Origin: a virus
Lineage: Duplodnaviria > Caudoviricetes
Direction: 5' to 3' (one strand)
Length of the DNA stretch: 27,488 nt
IMG/VR virus record: IMGVR_UViG_3300020294_000025
Span: 1 to 27,488 of that record
Position 1 is the stretch's first letter. Each line of letters begins with the position of its first letter. The translations under genes were made by a program, and so were the position numbers. Positions 17,048-27,032 of this stretch are shown here, piece by piece. Under the pieces are notes generated by a model that was not told the origin of the DNA, ran no database searches, and worked only from the letters and a program-made list of their open reading frames with translations.

Positions 17048-20000
17048 TTAGTTTGGCCTCCATTCCCAATGCCAAGATTCTTTTTCATCTAATTTTAAGT
17101 CATAAAGATCACCAAAAGGTTTGAATCCATATGTAGCTCCATTTTTCATTAACCAATCTAAACCTTCTTGGTTTAAATAATTAATATCTACAGCTGTACC
17201 TAAATTATGAATAGAATGACCAGCTTCAGGAGATCTAAAGTCTCTTGGATTGTTAGTCTCTTTACCTATTATAGCTTGGTCTTTTTTATAAACTTTAGCT
17301 TGTTGATTATAAGTTCTGTATCCATCGTTTAATTTAAAATCAAAACCATCTGCTTTAGCAGCAGCTAATAATTTAATTAAATCAGGAGCAGCGTCTTTTC
17401 TTATTTGTATGTTACCAACTTGAGCTAAATCTTGTTGAGGGATTTGACCTGATAACTGAGATCCTGGTGTGTATTGTGTAGCGTTTACATCATCAAAAGT
17501 AAAATCAATACCTTCAAATTCAGGTTGTGCTACCAATAATGAACTGATTACTTGTGTAGCAGCTGCTCGACTACCCCAAGCGGGATTGTCTCTAGCTTCT
17601 GCTAAAAGATTGTTCCATCTTTCTTTACCAAGTATTCTTTCAGCTGCTCTACTAAAACGTCTGTTATTTGCTGGATCATATACTTCTCCTATATTACCCA
17701 TACCAGTAGTAAGAGTAATCATATCTTTAACTTGTTGTACTTTCGCTTGATACGGAGCATACTCAGGGTTAGGTTGTACATCCCTGTTAAGGTTAAAGAA
17801 GTCACCTATAAGACCTGTTATAGGAGGTTGTTGTGCTCTTTCAGCACCACCCATCTTACCTTTATCTAAGAAAGGTGTAGGCTGTTCCATACTTTCAAGC
17901 TCAACTAACATAGCATTTAAACCATCTAAGTCAGTAGGTAAATCTCTTGTAACAGGATTAGGATCATCCTGACGATTAAATCTTCCATCAGCTATTAGTA
18001 CACTTGTACCACCAATATTAGATAATGGTGTATAATCTCCAGTTATATAGTTTTTAGCAGCTTGGCTAGAGAATCCTCTGTAAGTAGTATCCCACTCACC
18101 CATAGCATCTTCTCCATAAGCCATGCCTGTAGCAACCATTCTTAAAGCTACATTCTTATTATCTGTTTCTTTGTTAGCAGTTTCAAGAAGTTTATGAAGT
18201 TTAACTTTAGTTACTTTTTCCAAAGCTTTTGGATTATTTAGTAACTCTTCATAAGACATATCATTAAGACCAGCTTCTCTAAGTAAAGCGGGGGCTTCAC
18301 CAACAGTAACTAGAGTCTGCCCATCATAAGCTAAAGTATTTAAAAGGTTAGAAGTATCAACTATACCTACTTCATCATATACTCGTCCTGTAGCTCTAGT
18401 ACTTGCATTGTTAGTAATGATTTCTTTGTTTGCAGGTGTTAAATTAGATGTAAAATCTATACCTTGTTGAGCATCATCAGGTATTTTAATAGGTTCTATA
18501 CCTTCATGCAAAGCTGCTTGAAGATTATAAATTTCAAAACGACTTCTACCACCTCCATTGTAAGAATCTAAATCAGCTAGTTTCTGAAATATAGGTAGAG
18601 GTTCACCGTTAGTTAATTTAAAGTACTCTGGGGATACATAAGATTTAGTTGATAATAAATCTATTTCTCCAGATCCAGTGTTTTGTTCTGTTTCAAATGT
18701 CTGTTCTAATATTCTAGTTTTCTGACGCTTTTCTATAGCTTGCTCTGTCTTATCTAAAGGTACATCATTAAGCTCGTCATTAACCCAACGTTTAGTACCC
18801 TCATCAAATTGGAAAATATTTTTTATTCCTTTGAGTTCACTAACTGTACTCTTGTCATCATCATGATCAAATATAAGAGCTTGCTTGACTGTAGTAGAAG
18901 CTTGTTGTACAGCTTGTGTTACAGTAAGACCTTTATCATTGCTCATTAAATCTTTAGCTTCAGCTATCATTAACTTCCTAGCATAATCAACAACTTTACT
19001 TGAACCTATAAGTTCTCTATCGTTTTTACTTAAAGAATTTAATACCTTTTGATTAATCAATTCTTCAAACTCTGTATCAAAAGTTTTAGCTAATTCTTTT
19101 TCGGTATCTGTTACTAAGAAAGCTTTATCAACAATTTTATTATTTTTACGGTACTCATCAACAACTTCTTGATTAGGTAATCTGCCTGCACTAAGTAGTT
19201 TGTCAAATGTTATGGTACCTTCTACAGAAGTAGAAAGCAGATTTTCAATCTCTCTTTTAGTTTGATCTGGAGTATAGTACTTAGGTTCTTTTAACTCTGT
19301 ATCTAAATTATACAACTGAGTGTGTACTCCTGGAACACCCTCATACTTATCCCTTAAGGCTTGGCTTTCTTCCATAGCAGTTGAAAAAGGTATCTCACCG
19401 CTATAAAATCTGGATATAATATCAGCTTTAGATTTCTTAACAAGACTTAAATCAGACTCATCTTTCTCTTTTAGCTTCGCATTATAAGCTTTCATTGCTT
19501 TACCTATAAGCACTTCAGTATTAAACTCTGAAGGCCATATGTCTTGCAATAACTTGCTCTCACTCTTTTTGGTAATTCCTGGGATGTTGTATTTCTCAGT
19601 TAATAAAAAAGTTTCTAGCTCATCTATATTCTCATAGTTAGCATCGTTATTAGTTATAGATTCAACAAGCATCTCAGCTAGTAAAGTATTAGCTGTTTCT
19701 TGTAAGGTACCTGTAAGATCTTTTCCATGAGACATCCTACGAGTAATACTCTTTAGCGTACCAAGAGCATTATCCATCTTAGCACGTAAGATTTCTGATC
19801 CACCTTCATCATCAAGAGTTGCTACCGCACCAGTTAGTTCTAATTTTAAAGCATCATACTCTTCTTTAGCTTCATCTCTTATTGCTACATTTAATACTTC
19901 CTCTTGGAATTTACCTGTTTCTTTTGTAACAGGTTTGATTAAATGTTTATTAATAACAGCTTGATTGATTCCAGAATCAGCAGAAGCTTCAGCAACAAAC

Positions 20001-20695
20001 TTATCTTCTACATACCTAAGTATTTCATTTTGTGTTTCAGGATCATAAGTCCAAAACTGACCTACTACTATTTCTTTACCATTCTTTTCACCAATAACTT
20101 CCTCACTGGTACCAAGTTCAGTAGTACGGTATGCGTTCCAACCTTTAGCTTTCTCGTCTAGGTATCCTCTCTTATAACCCCAAGATATATTAGCCCCCAT
20201 CCGTCTGAGGTTTAATGCTCTAGCTTTTTCTTCTAAGGTAGCTTTATATGCTTTAGCATCGAACTCATCCATCCTGTCGTTGACAGCAATCCGTTGCTTT
20301 TTAACAGCTTCTTCTATCTTAGCATTCTGCTCTTCATCTAAATCAAAAGCAGATGTGTCACCGTTAGCTGCTCGTCTACCTTTAATGATACCTTCTTCTC
20401 TTTTCTGATCAATATAAGGTTTAGCTATATTTTCAGCAGCTACTTGTAAACCTTTATTTAAAGTATCGCTAAACTTAGATAACTGTTGTAAGTTAAACTC
20501 ATCATTAGCATTAGCTATTTGAAAGATACGGGATAACTCATCACCAACAGAAGAGGCTTGTTTACCCATCGCATTAACTGAATCAACCCTATCTTTATCT
20601 AATTGTTTTGCTTGTTGTGCAAGCTTGTTGGAGTTCGATATAACCCCCGTACGGTTCCTAAAACCTGTACTACGTGTTTGTCTTTCGTATGGCAT
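17048..20695 (-). CDS. gp15: Internal virion protein C (gp15-like) with C-terminal M15/VanY-like Zn peptidase
   Basis: 1215 aa helical protein in the gp15 position; C-terminal GYRT..QQ, SIHNLGTAVD (SxHxxGxAxD) and ESWHWE (ExWH). Confidence 0.85.
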   Translation of the reverse strand: MPYERQTRSTGFRNRTGVISNSNKLAQQAKQLDKDRVDSVNAMGKQASSVGDELSRIFQIANANDEFNLQQLSKFSDTLNKGLQVAAENIAKPYIDQKREEGIIKGRRAANGDTSAFDLDEEQNAKIEEAVKKQRIAVNDRMDEFDAKAYKATLEEKARALNLRRMGANISWGYKRGYLDEKAKGWNAYRTTELGTSEEVIGEKNGKEIVVGQFWTYDPETQNEILRYVEDKFVAEASADSGINQAVINKHLIKPVTKETGKFQEEVLNVAIRDEAKEEYDALKLELTGAVATLDDEGGSEILRAKMDNALGTLKSITRRMSHGKDLTGTLQETANTLLAEMLVESITNNDANYENIDELETFLLTEKYNIPGITKKSESKLLQDIWPSEFNTEVLIGKAMKAYNAKLKEKDESDLSLVKKSKADIISRFYSGEIPFSTAMEESQALRDKYEGVPGVHTQLYNLDTELKEPKYYTPDQTKREIENLLSTSVEGTITFDKLLSAGRLPNQEVVDEYRKNNKIVDKAFLVTDTEKELAKTFDTEFEELINQKVLNSLSKNDRELIGSSKVVDYARKLMIAEAKDLMSNDKGLTVTQAVQQASTTVKQALIFDHDDDKSTVSELKGIKNIFQFDEGTKRWVNDELNDVPLDKTEQAIEKRQKTRILEQTFETEQNTGSGEIDLLSTKSYVSPEYFKLTNGEPLPIFQKLADLDSYNGGGRSRFEIYNLQAALHEGIEPIKIPDDAQQGIDFTSNLTPANKEIITNNASTRATGRVYDEVGIVDTSNLLNTLAYDGQTLVTVGEAPALLREAGLNDMSYEELLNNPKALEKVTKVKLHKLLETANKETDNKNVALRMVATGMAYGEDAMGEWDTTYRGFSSQAAKNYITGDYTPLSNIGGTSVLIADGRFNRQDDPNPVTRDLPTDLDGLNAMLVELESMEQPTPFLDKGKMGGAERAQQPPITGLIGDFFNLNRDVQPNPEYAPYQAKVQQVKDMITLTTGMGNIGEVYDPANNRRFSRAAERILGKERWNNLLAEARDNPAWGSRAAATQVISSLLVAQPEFEGIDFTFDDVNATQYTPGSQLSGQIPQQDLAQVGNIQIRKDAAPDLIKLLAAAKADGFDFKLNDGYRTYNQQAKVYKKDQAIIGKETNNPRDFRSPEAGHSIHNLGTAVDINYLNQEGLDWLMKNGATYGFKPFGDLYDLKLDEKESWHWEWRPN

Positions 20696-20697
20696 GA

Positions 20698-21420
20698 TTA
20701 TAAAGTTGTCCAGAAGTCGGAACCACCAATAGCGGTACCAGCTGAAATAGTAGTTGTAGCACCACTAATAATTGGACCTAATATAGATGGTTTCTTAGGA
20801 GCAGATTGCATTATAGGTTTAATAGGCTCATAAGAGGCTTGTTTGTGGTGAGCGATGCTTTTGGTTTGATTAATAGCGGCTATATCTGCTGAGTATTTAT
20901 CCAGATCTATACCATATTGTTCTATAGCATAGGCTCTAGTGACAGAATCTTGTGATGCATCTATCTGTGCTTGTTCAAATCCAAACTCTCGTTCAGCACC
21001 TTGTAGTAATGCTCCTAAACTGTTACCAGCTGGGGCACCACTAGCCAATACTTCACCTTGAGCTTGTATAGATTTAGCTAAATTTTCTTGAGACTTAAAT
21101 GCTTGCTCTGCAAGCTTCTCATTAGCAGCTATTTGTGCAGCTGTAGAAGCTTGATTAGCAGATATTTGATTGTTCTGCCTGATAGCAGCTAGTTCTGTTT
21201 GAGCAGCAGCATCAGCTTGCAGTTCTTTCTCAAATACATTACCTTTTAATTTATCATTGTGGGCAGCTATTGTTAACTCATTGGCATACTTGGTAGTAGC
21301 CATGTGATTAGATCTTAATACCGCATCTCTTTGGGCTGCATAAGCAGCATTTTGTTGCTGTATCCCAGAAGCAGCTTGGGCAGCTCCAAGTGCTATCGAT
21401 ACAGCTAGTGTTGTACACAT
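20698..21420 (-). CDS. gp14: Internal virion protein B (gp14-like)
   Basis: MC start, Ala/Gln-rich helical, hydrophobic Gly-rich ends; synteny. Confidence 0.8.
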   Translation of the reverse strand: MCTTLAVSIALGAAQAASGIQQQNAAYAAQRDAVLRSNHMATTKYANELTIAAHNDKLKGNVFEKELQADAAAQTELAAIRQNNQISANQASTAAQIAANEKLAEQAFKSQENLAKSIQAQGEVLASGAPAGNSLGALLQGAEREFGFEQAQIDASQDSVTRAYAIEQYGIDLDKYSADIAAINQTKSIAHHKQASYEPIKPIMQSAPKKPSILGPIISGATTTISAGTAIGGSDFWTTL

Positions 21421-21851
21421 AGTTTTATAAACTCAATTAGAGGAACACCATTGTAAACATGGTAATTAAGGAATTTAAACCCTAATAGTTTTAATAATTT
21501 GATATGATTTTCATTCCGCATATCTGCGTAGTTCCATAAATAAGGATTGGGTAAACTGTCTACCCAGCGTTTAGCTTCCCTAATAAATGTATGAGGGTAC
21601 TCTTCACTAGCCTTAGTGCAAAGCATCCATATGGCATTCTCAGGGGTTACTCCAGCCACTCCAGCAGCCTTGCCGTTGGGAACCTTAAAGAAAACTGAGT
21701 ATGAGGAATCAAAATAAGATTGAAGGATAACTGTTGTTGCAGACATCTTTGAGGTGTCTTCAGCTTCCTTCTTATCTTCAGGACGTAAATTTAACCCTAC
21801 ACTTAGAGCTAAGTCAGGGGTGCAGGGTTGGATAAATTTACTTTCGTACAT
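21405..21851 (-). CDS. gp13: Internal virion protein A (gp13-like, GNAT-like fold)
   Basis: LRPEDKKE, IWMLCT, LWNYADMRNENHIKLLKLLGFKF. Start placed at ATG 21851, overlapping the end of gp12. Confidence 0.8.
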   Translation of the reverse strand: MYESKFIQPCTPDLALSVGLNLRPEDKKEAEDTSKMSATTVILQSYFDSSYSVFFKVPNGKAAGVAGVTPENAIWMLCTKASEEYPHTFIREAKRWVDSLPNPYLWNYADMRNENHIKLLKLLGFKFLNYHVYNGVPLIEFIKLCVQH

Positions 21852-24834
21852 GTCGTCTGGTGTTATATCTACCGTCCCAGCTTGCTGAAACAATAGTTGC
21901 GGAAAAGGGTTGGTCTATTTTAACTTTAAATCTAAATTTATCATTCTTTCTGTATATAGGTACTCTGATTGATTTGTATAATAAGGAAGGTATTTCTTGG
22001 AAGGTACTCCAATCTGTTAACATACCTGATTCATTTTGTGTATACAAATTAGCATTACCTATAACATCATCAACAGTAAAAGATACAGGACCAGATAAAC
22101 CTAATTCAAAGTTATAACCTCCCATTCTAAGATCACCATCTATATCATACTTACCTTGATCATAAGAGAAGTAATATTGTGGTAACTCAAATTCAGTTGT
22201 GTATTTATACCCAATAGCCATATGCCATGTACGCATATCTAGGTTATTAAAGGTCATTGTAGTACCTGATACTGAGTCTGGAGCCTTAACAACCCCCGAT
22301 TCGGTACCTGATATTACTACAATTTGTGGAGAATAAGTTTGATCTATTGTGTATGGTACTGTAATAACTGTGTTGGTACCACTTAAAGCAACAGAAACAC
22401 CTGTTGTAGTGTTGGCACCGTCACTTTGTTTGTACATAACAAGGTTATCTAAGGCTGCTTCAAGGCTACGATTGACTCTCAAACCAGCTTCACCTTCTCC
22501 AACTGTCTGAGATGTATCACCAATTGTGTATCTTCTATCACTCATACCGTTGTCATCACTCAGGTATTCATACCTACTTAGTATAACTTCACTATTATCT
22601 TGTAATGTTACAGTATAGAAAGCACCTCCAGTATAGAAACAATGTCTTAATACACCTGTTAATGTCCAAGTATACCAAGCTGACTGTTCTCTCTGATCTC
22701 CAGAATCAAAGTACTTATAATTATAAATTGTAGAGGTGTTGAAGTTAGTGTTATGATAAGTAGAATTATTAATACCAAAAGTTACTAAACCTAGATCTGC
22801 TGATCCTGAATTTACATTTAAAGTTTTTGGTAAAAATGAAGGGACCACTCTAGTTTGATCTATGATTTTAGGAGGTACACTTTCATCTACTATAGCTATT
22901 TCAAATGCTCTACTGTAAGCCCCCGTATGGTTAGCAAACATATAGGTTGTACCCATATCTAATGGCTTAATGGTAGTGCTACATTCATAGCCAGCTACTT
23001 TTTTAAGACGAGCAGTTTTAGGAGAGAAAGAGTCTTGCTCACTAAATAGCATAAATTGTCCAGCATCACTGAACATTAACACACCTTTTTGTGTAGGTAG
23101 TACGTGATTAATATATGCTGGTTTTACATCTGATACTGATATATCAACTGGGTTATCATCACTAGAAGTTATAGCTGAGACTGCAAAGAAATTATGGTAA
23201 GAGCTTGGTTGGCTCATTACTATTTGTTCATCTGCAATAAAGCCTAATCTATTTCGGTAGAAAAATATTTGTGATATTTTTTTAGAGACAAAAGATGGAT
23301 CGGGATTAGTTTCTAAATCTCCTACCTGTCTAATATCCCACTCTAAGTTGTTAGGGTTAGTACCCGAACCCCCTAGTTTACAGAATTGAAAGCTTGCTAT
23401 ATTACCACCTGAACGTACTGCTACTAATGCATGAGGTAAAGTATCTTTATCTAGCCCCGCAGTAATTCCTGGAGCTACTGTTTCTTCCCAGACACCAGAA
23501 CCATCTTGTCCATTATCTGCTTTAAATGTTAACCAATAGTTATCAGAATCAGATTCTTCTGTGTTAGCGACTTCTACTAAATAACCATGAGCACATTCAG
23601 AAGGTAGTTTAGATATATCTTGAGCACTATCTTGGAATACGGATAAAGCTTCATTAGCCATACCACCCATAACATGTGCTTTAAAAGCAGTTGTATTACT
23701 ACGCTTAATAAGAATACCGTTACCAACAACTTCAGCTGTAAAACCAGAGCTAGAATACTTGCTATTAATTTCAGCTGAAAGTTTAGTTATAACACTACCC
23801 ATACTTAAACTACCATCGTCAGGATTCTTAGGAGTCCTATAAGTAGCTACGTTAGTAACCCCTGCATAAGTATCATAAGCTTTTACACCTACCACTTCTA
23901 CAGTATATTCAACTCCAACTCCTGTAGATGCTTTAGGTATAATAACATGAGATTTAGCACCGTTAGTTACATCGGTACCTCCATCTTTCATAGAGACATT
24001 AGCAGTAAAACGTATGTCATAATCTTGAGTATAGCCTAAAAAATCTTCTGCAAGTGTACCAGTACCATCGTATTGTGGTGATTGACTTTTAAAAAATGGT
24101 TGCCCGTTAACTGTAACAGTACCACGAACACCTGTCATACTACCTGTATTACCTGTACCTGACCCCCCATTATTACCAAAAAAGTCTGCTTGTCCACTAA
24201 GTTCAGCTTCAGGATCAAGATCATTCCAGCTATTTTTACCTACATCTGGACCTGAATATCTATAAACTTTTAAAGCTGTTGCTCTATTCTTAGTTCCTGG
24301 TGTTGGTATTGCATCAGTAGCTCCACCTAAAAATACAGAATACTCAGTGTTATATGCAAGAGTATCTATCTTAATAAAAGCATATTTATTACCACTGTTA
24401 TAAGTACTTGTAGTCCCTGTGGTACCTACAGTTGTATTTGGATTAGTTATATATGTATAATCTTGTATAGTATGCTTACCTAAAGTACCTGCTCCATTGA
24501 GGTAATCATAAGCATTACCTGATCCTTCAGTTACATTAACCTCTACTCCTGTAGTTAAGTTCCACACTCGTATAGGTGTGGATGCATAGTTAGCAGGGGT
24601 AATCTGTACTATAAATTTTTCTCCTTCTTTATTTAAAATCTCAAACCACTGTCCAGTTGATGTAGTATTAGTCAGCTTATTCACATACTCAGCTGGAGGA
24701 CGTTTCATTAAGCCAAAAGTTACATCAGGAACAGCATTATCACAGGATCTTAGCTGGCCTGGAAATTTAATAAAATCTGGCTGCTGGGAAACCCCACCTA
24801 AAAAGTTAGGAATACGTTGATTAATAGCTGCCAT
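21838..24834 (-). CDS. gp12: Tail tubular protein B (nozzle)
   Basis: QRIPNFLGGVSQQPD start, GLMKRPP, GVWEETVAPG, NPDPSFV...FFYRNRLGF, QSAWYTW. Confidence 0.95.
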   Translation of the reverse strand: MAAINQRIPNFLGGVSQQPDFIKFPGQLRSCDNAVPDVTFGLMKRPPAEYVNKLTNTTSTGQWFEILNKEGEKFIVQITPANYASTPIRVWNLTTGVEVNVTEGSGNAYDYLNGAGTLGKHTIQDYTYITNPNTTVGTTGTTSTYNSGNKYAFIKIDTLAYNTEYSVFLGGATDAIPTPGTKNRATALKVYRYSGPDVGKNSWNDLDPEAELSGQADFFGNNGGSGTGNTGSMTGVRGTVTVNGQPFFKSQSPQYDGTGTLAEDFLGYTQDYDIRFTANVSMKDGGTDVTNGAKSHVIIPKASTGVGVEYTVEVVGVKAYDTYAGVTNVATYRTPKNPDDGSLSMGSVITKLSAEINSKYSSSGFTAEVVGNGILIKRSNTTAFKAHVMGGMANEALSVFQDSAQDISKLPSECAHGYLVEVANTEESDSDNYWLTFKADNGQDGSGVWEETVAPGITAGLDKDTLPHALVAVRSGGNIASFQFCKLGGSGTNPNNLEWDIRQVGDLETNPDPSFVSKKISQIFFYRNRLGFIADEQIVMSQPSSYHNFFAVSAITSSDDNPVDISVSDVKPAYINHVLPTQKGVLMFSDAGQFMLFSEQDSFSPKTARLKKVAGYECSTTIKPLDMGTTYMFANHTGAYSRAFEIAIVDESVPPKIIDQTRVVPSFLPKTLNVNSGSADLGLVTFGINNSTYHNTNFNTSTIYNYKYFDSGDQREQSAWYTWTLTGVLRHCFYTGGAFYTVTLQDNSEVILSRYEYLSDDNGMSDRRYTIGDTSQTVGEGEAGLRVNRSLEAALDNLVMYKQSDGANTTTGVSVALSGTNTVITVPYTIDQTYSPQIVVISGTESGVVKAPDSVSGTTMTFNNLDMRTWHMAIGYKYTTEFELPQYYFSYDQGKYDIDGDLRMGGYNFELGLSGPVSFTVDDVIGNANLYTQNESGMLTDWSTFQEIPSLLYKSIRVPIYRKNDKFRFKVKIDQPFSATIVSASWDGRYNTRRHVRK

Positions 24835-25487
24835 TATCTTTTAATAACTTGGAATGGTTGGTAGCCTTGGTATGGATTACGTTGGGAACTATCTTGGAAG
24901 ATATTGTAGTCTGCTTGGTTTGTATCGTATTGGATACAAGAAGCCCTTGCAAGCGTCTCATCTGGTGACATGACCTCATTGGCCTCAGGGCTAGCTATCA
25001 TGCGGTTAGAGGCGATCCTAGATGCCTTAGCGGTGACGTAATCACGGAATGGTTGGGGCATATCATCAAACTCATACAACCAAACTACATCACAGTATAG
25101 GATGTTCTCAGTTAAGTCAGTGAATTTGTTGGTATGTTTATAGCGATCATATAGTTGTGCTACTTGTTGTCCAGTAGCTAGAGTTCTTGTTCTCCTGACA
25201 ACATCATAATTGTCTGCGTGTTTATACCTATTTGGATCTACCTGTAAGGCATTTGCGGGGAACTCAATCTCATTGTTATTATCAACAGGTAGAGGGAATT
25301 CGATTTCTGAATTGAAAGCCCATCCTTCTGCCTGAACTTCACGACAAACTTGCCGAAGAGTTTTCTGAGCAATAGCAACTTCTGGGCTTTGAGTATCCAG
25401 AGTGTTTACAGGAGACTCTCCAACACTCATTAATATTGAGTTTACAGCATCCAGTTCTGTGGACGTTGCGTATGTTAAAGTTGTCAT
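24834..25487 (-). CDS. gp11: Tail tubular protein A (gatekeeper)
   Basis: TELDAVNSILMSVGESPVNTL, VQAEGWAFNSE, FDDMPQPFRDYV. Confidence 0.95.
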   Translation of the reverse strand: MTTLTYATSTELDAVNSILMSVGESPVNTLDTQSPEVAIAQKTLRQVCREVQAEGWAFNSEIEFPLPVDNNNEIEFPANALQVDPNRYKHADNYDVVRRTRTLATGQQVAQLYDRYKHTNKFTDLTENILYCDVVWLYEFDDMPQPFRDYVTAKASRIASNRMIASPEANEVMSPDETLARASCIQYDTNQADYNIFQDSSQRNPYQGYQPFQVIKR

Positions 25488-25514
25488 AAAAAAAAGGGGG
25501 AGCCGAAGCCCCCC
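25488..25514 (-). terminator. T-phi-like intrinsic terminator after capsid gene
   Basis: GGGGGGC-TTCG-GCTCCCC stem with C(UUCG)G loop, followed by C and T8. Confidence 0.92.
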
Positions 25515-25526
25515 ATAAATGTATAG

Positions 25527-26630
25527 TTAGAATGCGGAAGGTGCAGTATTGGTTGTGTGAAGCTCAACACAAGCAGCAGGATTAAGATAATCTGCGCCCA
25601 TAGCGAGTCTTCCGAGGATTACATCACCTTGGTAGATGACAGAAACATCGCCAGAAGTTACTTGAACCTGTGGTCCAATAGTTTCTACGACACCAGCAGC
25701 TTCTTTCTGGAATATAAGTCCACAAGAAGTAGCGAATCCGTTAGCAGGACCATAATCGTTATTGATTCCTGATACAGAAGGTTCACCATTCTCAGTAGCG
25801 GCTCCAACAAATGAACCAGCATTATCAATAGTAGATGCAGTACCATACTTGCCTTGGAACGGAACGTTCATAGACTTGTAGATCTTGATACCAGCAATAG
25901 AGATAACACCACCACCTGTTTGAAGACCTGTACCTTGCTCGTCACGGTTGATCAAAGCATTTGAAGATACATTTTCTATTAGTGAATAGTATTGGCGTGG
26001 AGAAAGTACGGCGGCTCTCCCGTCAGAACTCAATCCTTTCTCATCTAAGACAGCAGCAGCTTCAAAGAAAGCAGATACTAACTTAGCAGAATCAAGTGCA
26101 TCAGCAGCAGCACCAGTACCAGTACCAACCTGAAGGGTTGTACCGCCTGGTTCTACCTTACCTGTAGCAGAGATTGGGTGGGCTACACGAGCACCACGGG
26201 AGATCGCACGGAAGATTAAACGGTCATACTTTTCAGCAAGAGCATAGCCGATCTTCTTAGAGATTTCTCCTCTCAATTCGTAGTGAGCAAGGGTCTCGTC
26301 CAGATCATACACGAAAGCAGAACTGATCAATAGGTCATCAACGACTATTGTCTTTTCTGCTACTGGGGGATCGCCTGAACCCAAGATAGGGGTTCCTGGA
26401 GTGTGGAAAGCCGCACCCATGCGTCCTGTGTAGATGAACTGTAAACTCTTACCGTTCTTAAGTGTACGTCTCGTAACCATGTCACGAGCGATTGTGTTGT
26501 GCTGGAATCCTTTAAATAATTCTCCAGAAAACAACTGTAAATAGGTGGCGTACTTATCAGTAGCACCACCGTAACCTGTACCTGTAGATAGATTTATCCT
26601 ACCTAAGGCGGTTTGGGTAGCATTAGCCAT
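25527..26630 (-). CDS. gp10: Major capsid protein (T7 gp10A-like)
   Basis: YLQLFSGE, RTLKNGKSLQFIYTGR, IVVDDLLISSAFVYDLDE, GYALAEKYDR, GRLAMGADYLNPA. Confidence 0.97.
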   Translation of the reverse strand: MANATQTALGRINLSTGTGYGGATDKYATYLQLFSGELFKGFQHNTIARDMVTRRTLKNGKSLQFIYTGRMGAAFHTPGTPILGSGDPPVAEKTIVVDDLLISSAFVYDLDETLAHYELRGEISKKIGYALAEKYDRLIFRAISRGARVAHPISATGKVEPGGTTLQVGTGTGAAADALDSAKLVSAFFEAAAVLDEKGLSSDGRAAVLSPRQYYSLIENVSSNALINRDEQGTGLQTGGGVISIAGIKIYKSMNVPFQGKYGTASTIDNAGSFVGAATENGEPSVSGINNDYGPANGFATSCGLIFQKEAAGVVETIGPQVQVTSGDVSVIYQGDVILGRLAMGADYLNPAACVELHTTNTAPSAF

Positions 26631-26633
26631 TTA

Positions 26634-26822
26634 AGAGTAAATGTGAATGTGTATGTTTGACTTACTCTAATCGATTAGAAATTTTATTGTTGAAATTTTA
26701 GGGTATTTCATCACCACAGCTGCGGCAATAGGGTATCGAACGTATTCGGCCTAAAGCCAATTACAGAGAGGTCCGACACTGAGGTGCCTCTCTGCTATGG
26801 AAGTTCACATGAAGTACTTCCA
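26634..26822 (-). ncRNA. Structured 5' leader of capsid gene (serial hairpins)
   Basis: Stems at 26798-26822, 26764-26794 (CAGAGAGG/CCTCTCTG), 26723-26759 (capped by CGAA-TACG-TTCG), 26691-26710 and 26634-26668. Confidence 0.55.
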
Positions 26823-26883
26823 CGTGTATGAAAAAGGCTAGAGCCATAAAGACTACTAGCCAGCATTCATTAAACTTCTTCAC
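26761..26883 (-). CDS. 40-aa single-TM peptide (absent from ORF track)
   Basis: GTG start in a GTGA overlap; MKKFNECWLVVFMALAFFIHVEVLHVNFHSREAPQCRTSL. Confidence 0.6.
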   Translation of the reverse strand: MKKFNECWLVVFMALAFFIHVEVLHVNFHSREAPQCRTSL

Positions 26884-27032
26884 AAAGTAGTCAAAGCTTC
26901 TTCAATCCCAATATCTTCTTCAAGATCATTGAGTTCTTTAGTTGCTTCTTTAACTTGCTCTACCTGTTTAGCTTTAACAGCTTCAGGCTTAGGGTTGTTA
27001 GTTATAAAACTGGTGGGTATAGCGTTATCCAT
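26880..27032 (-). CDS. 50-aa hypothetical protein with acidic C-terminus (absent from ORF track)
   Basis: TAATG overlap with the upstream gene; MDNAIPTSFITNNPKPEAVKAKQVEQVKEATKELNDLEEDIGIEEALTTL. Confidence 0.75.
   Translation of the reverse strand: MDNAIPTSFITNNPKPEAVKAKQVEQVKEATKELNDLEEDIGIEEALTTL

Noticed and set aside
25515-25560. T7 10B-type capsid frameshift extension
   Set aside because: No slippery heptamer near the stop, and the terminator follows within about 12 nt.
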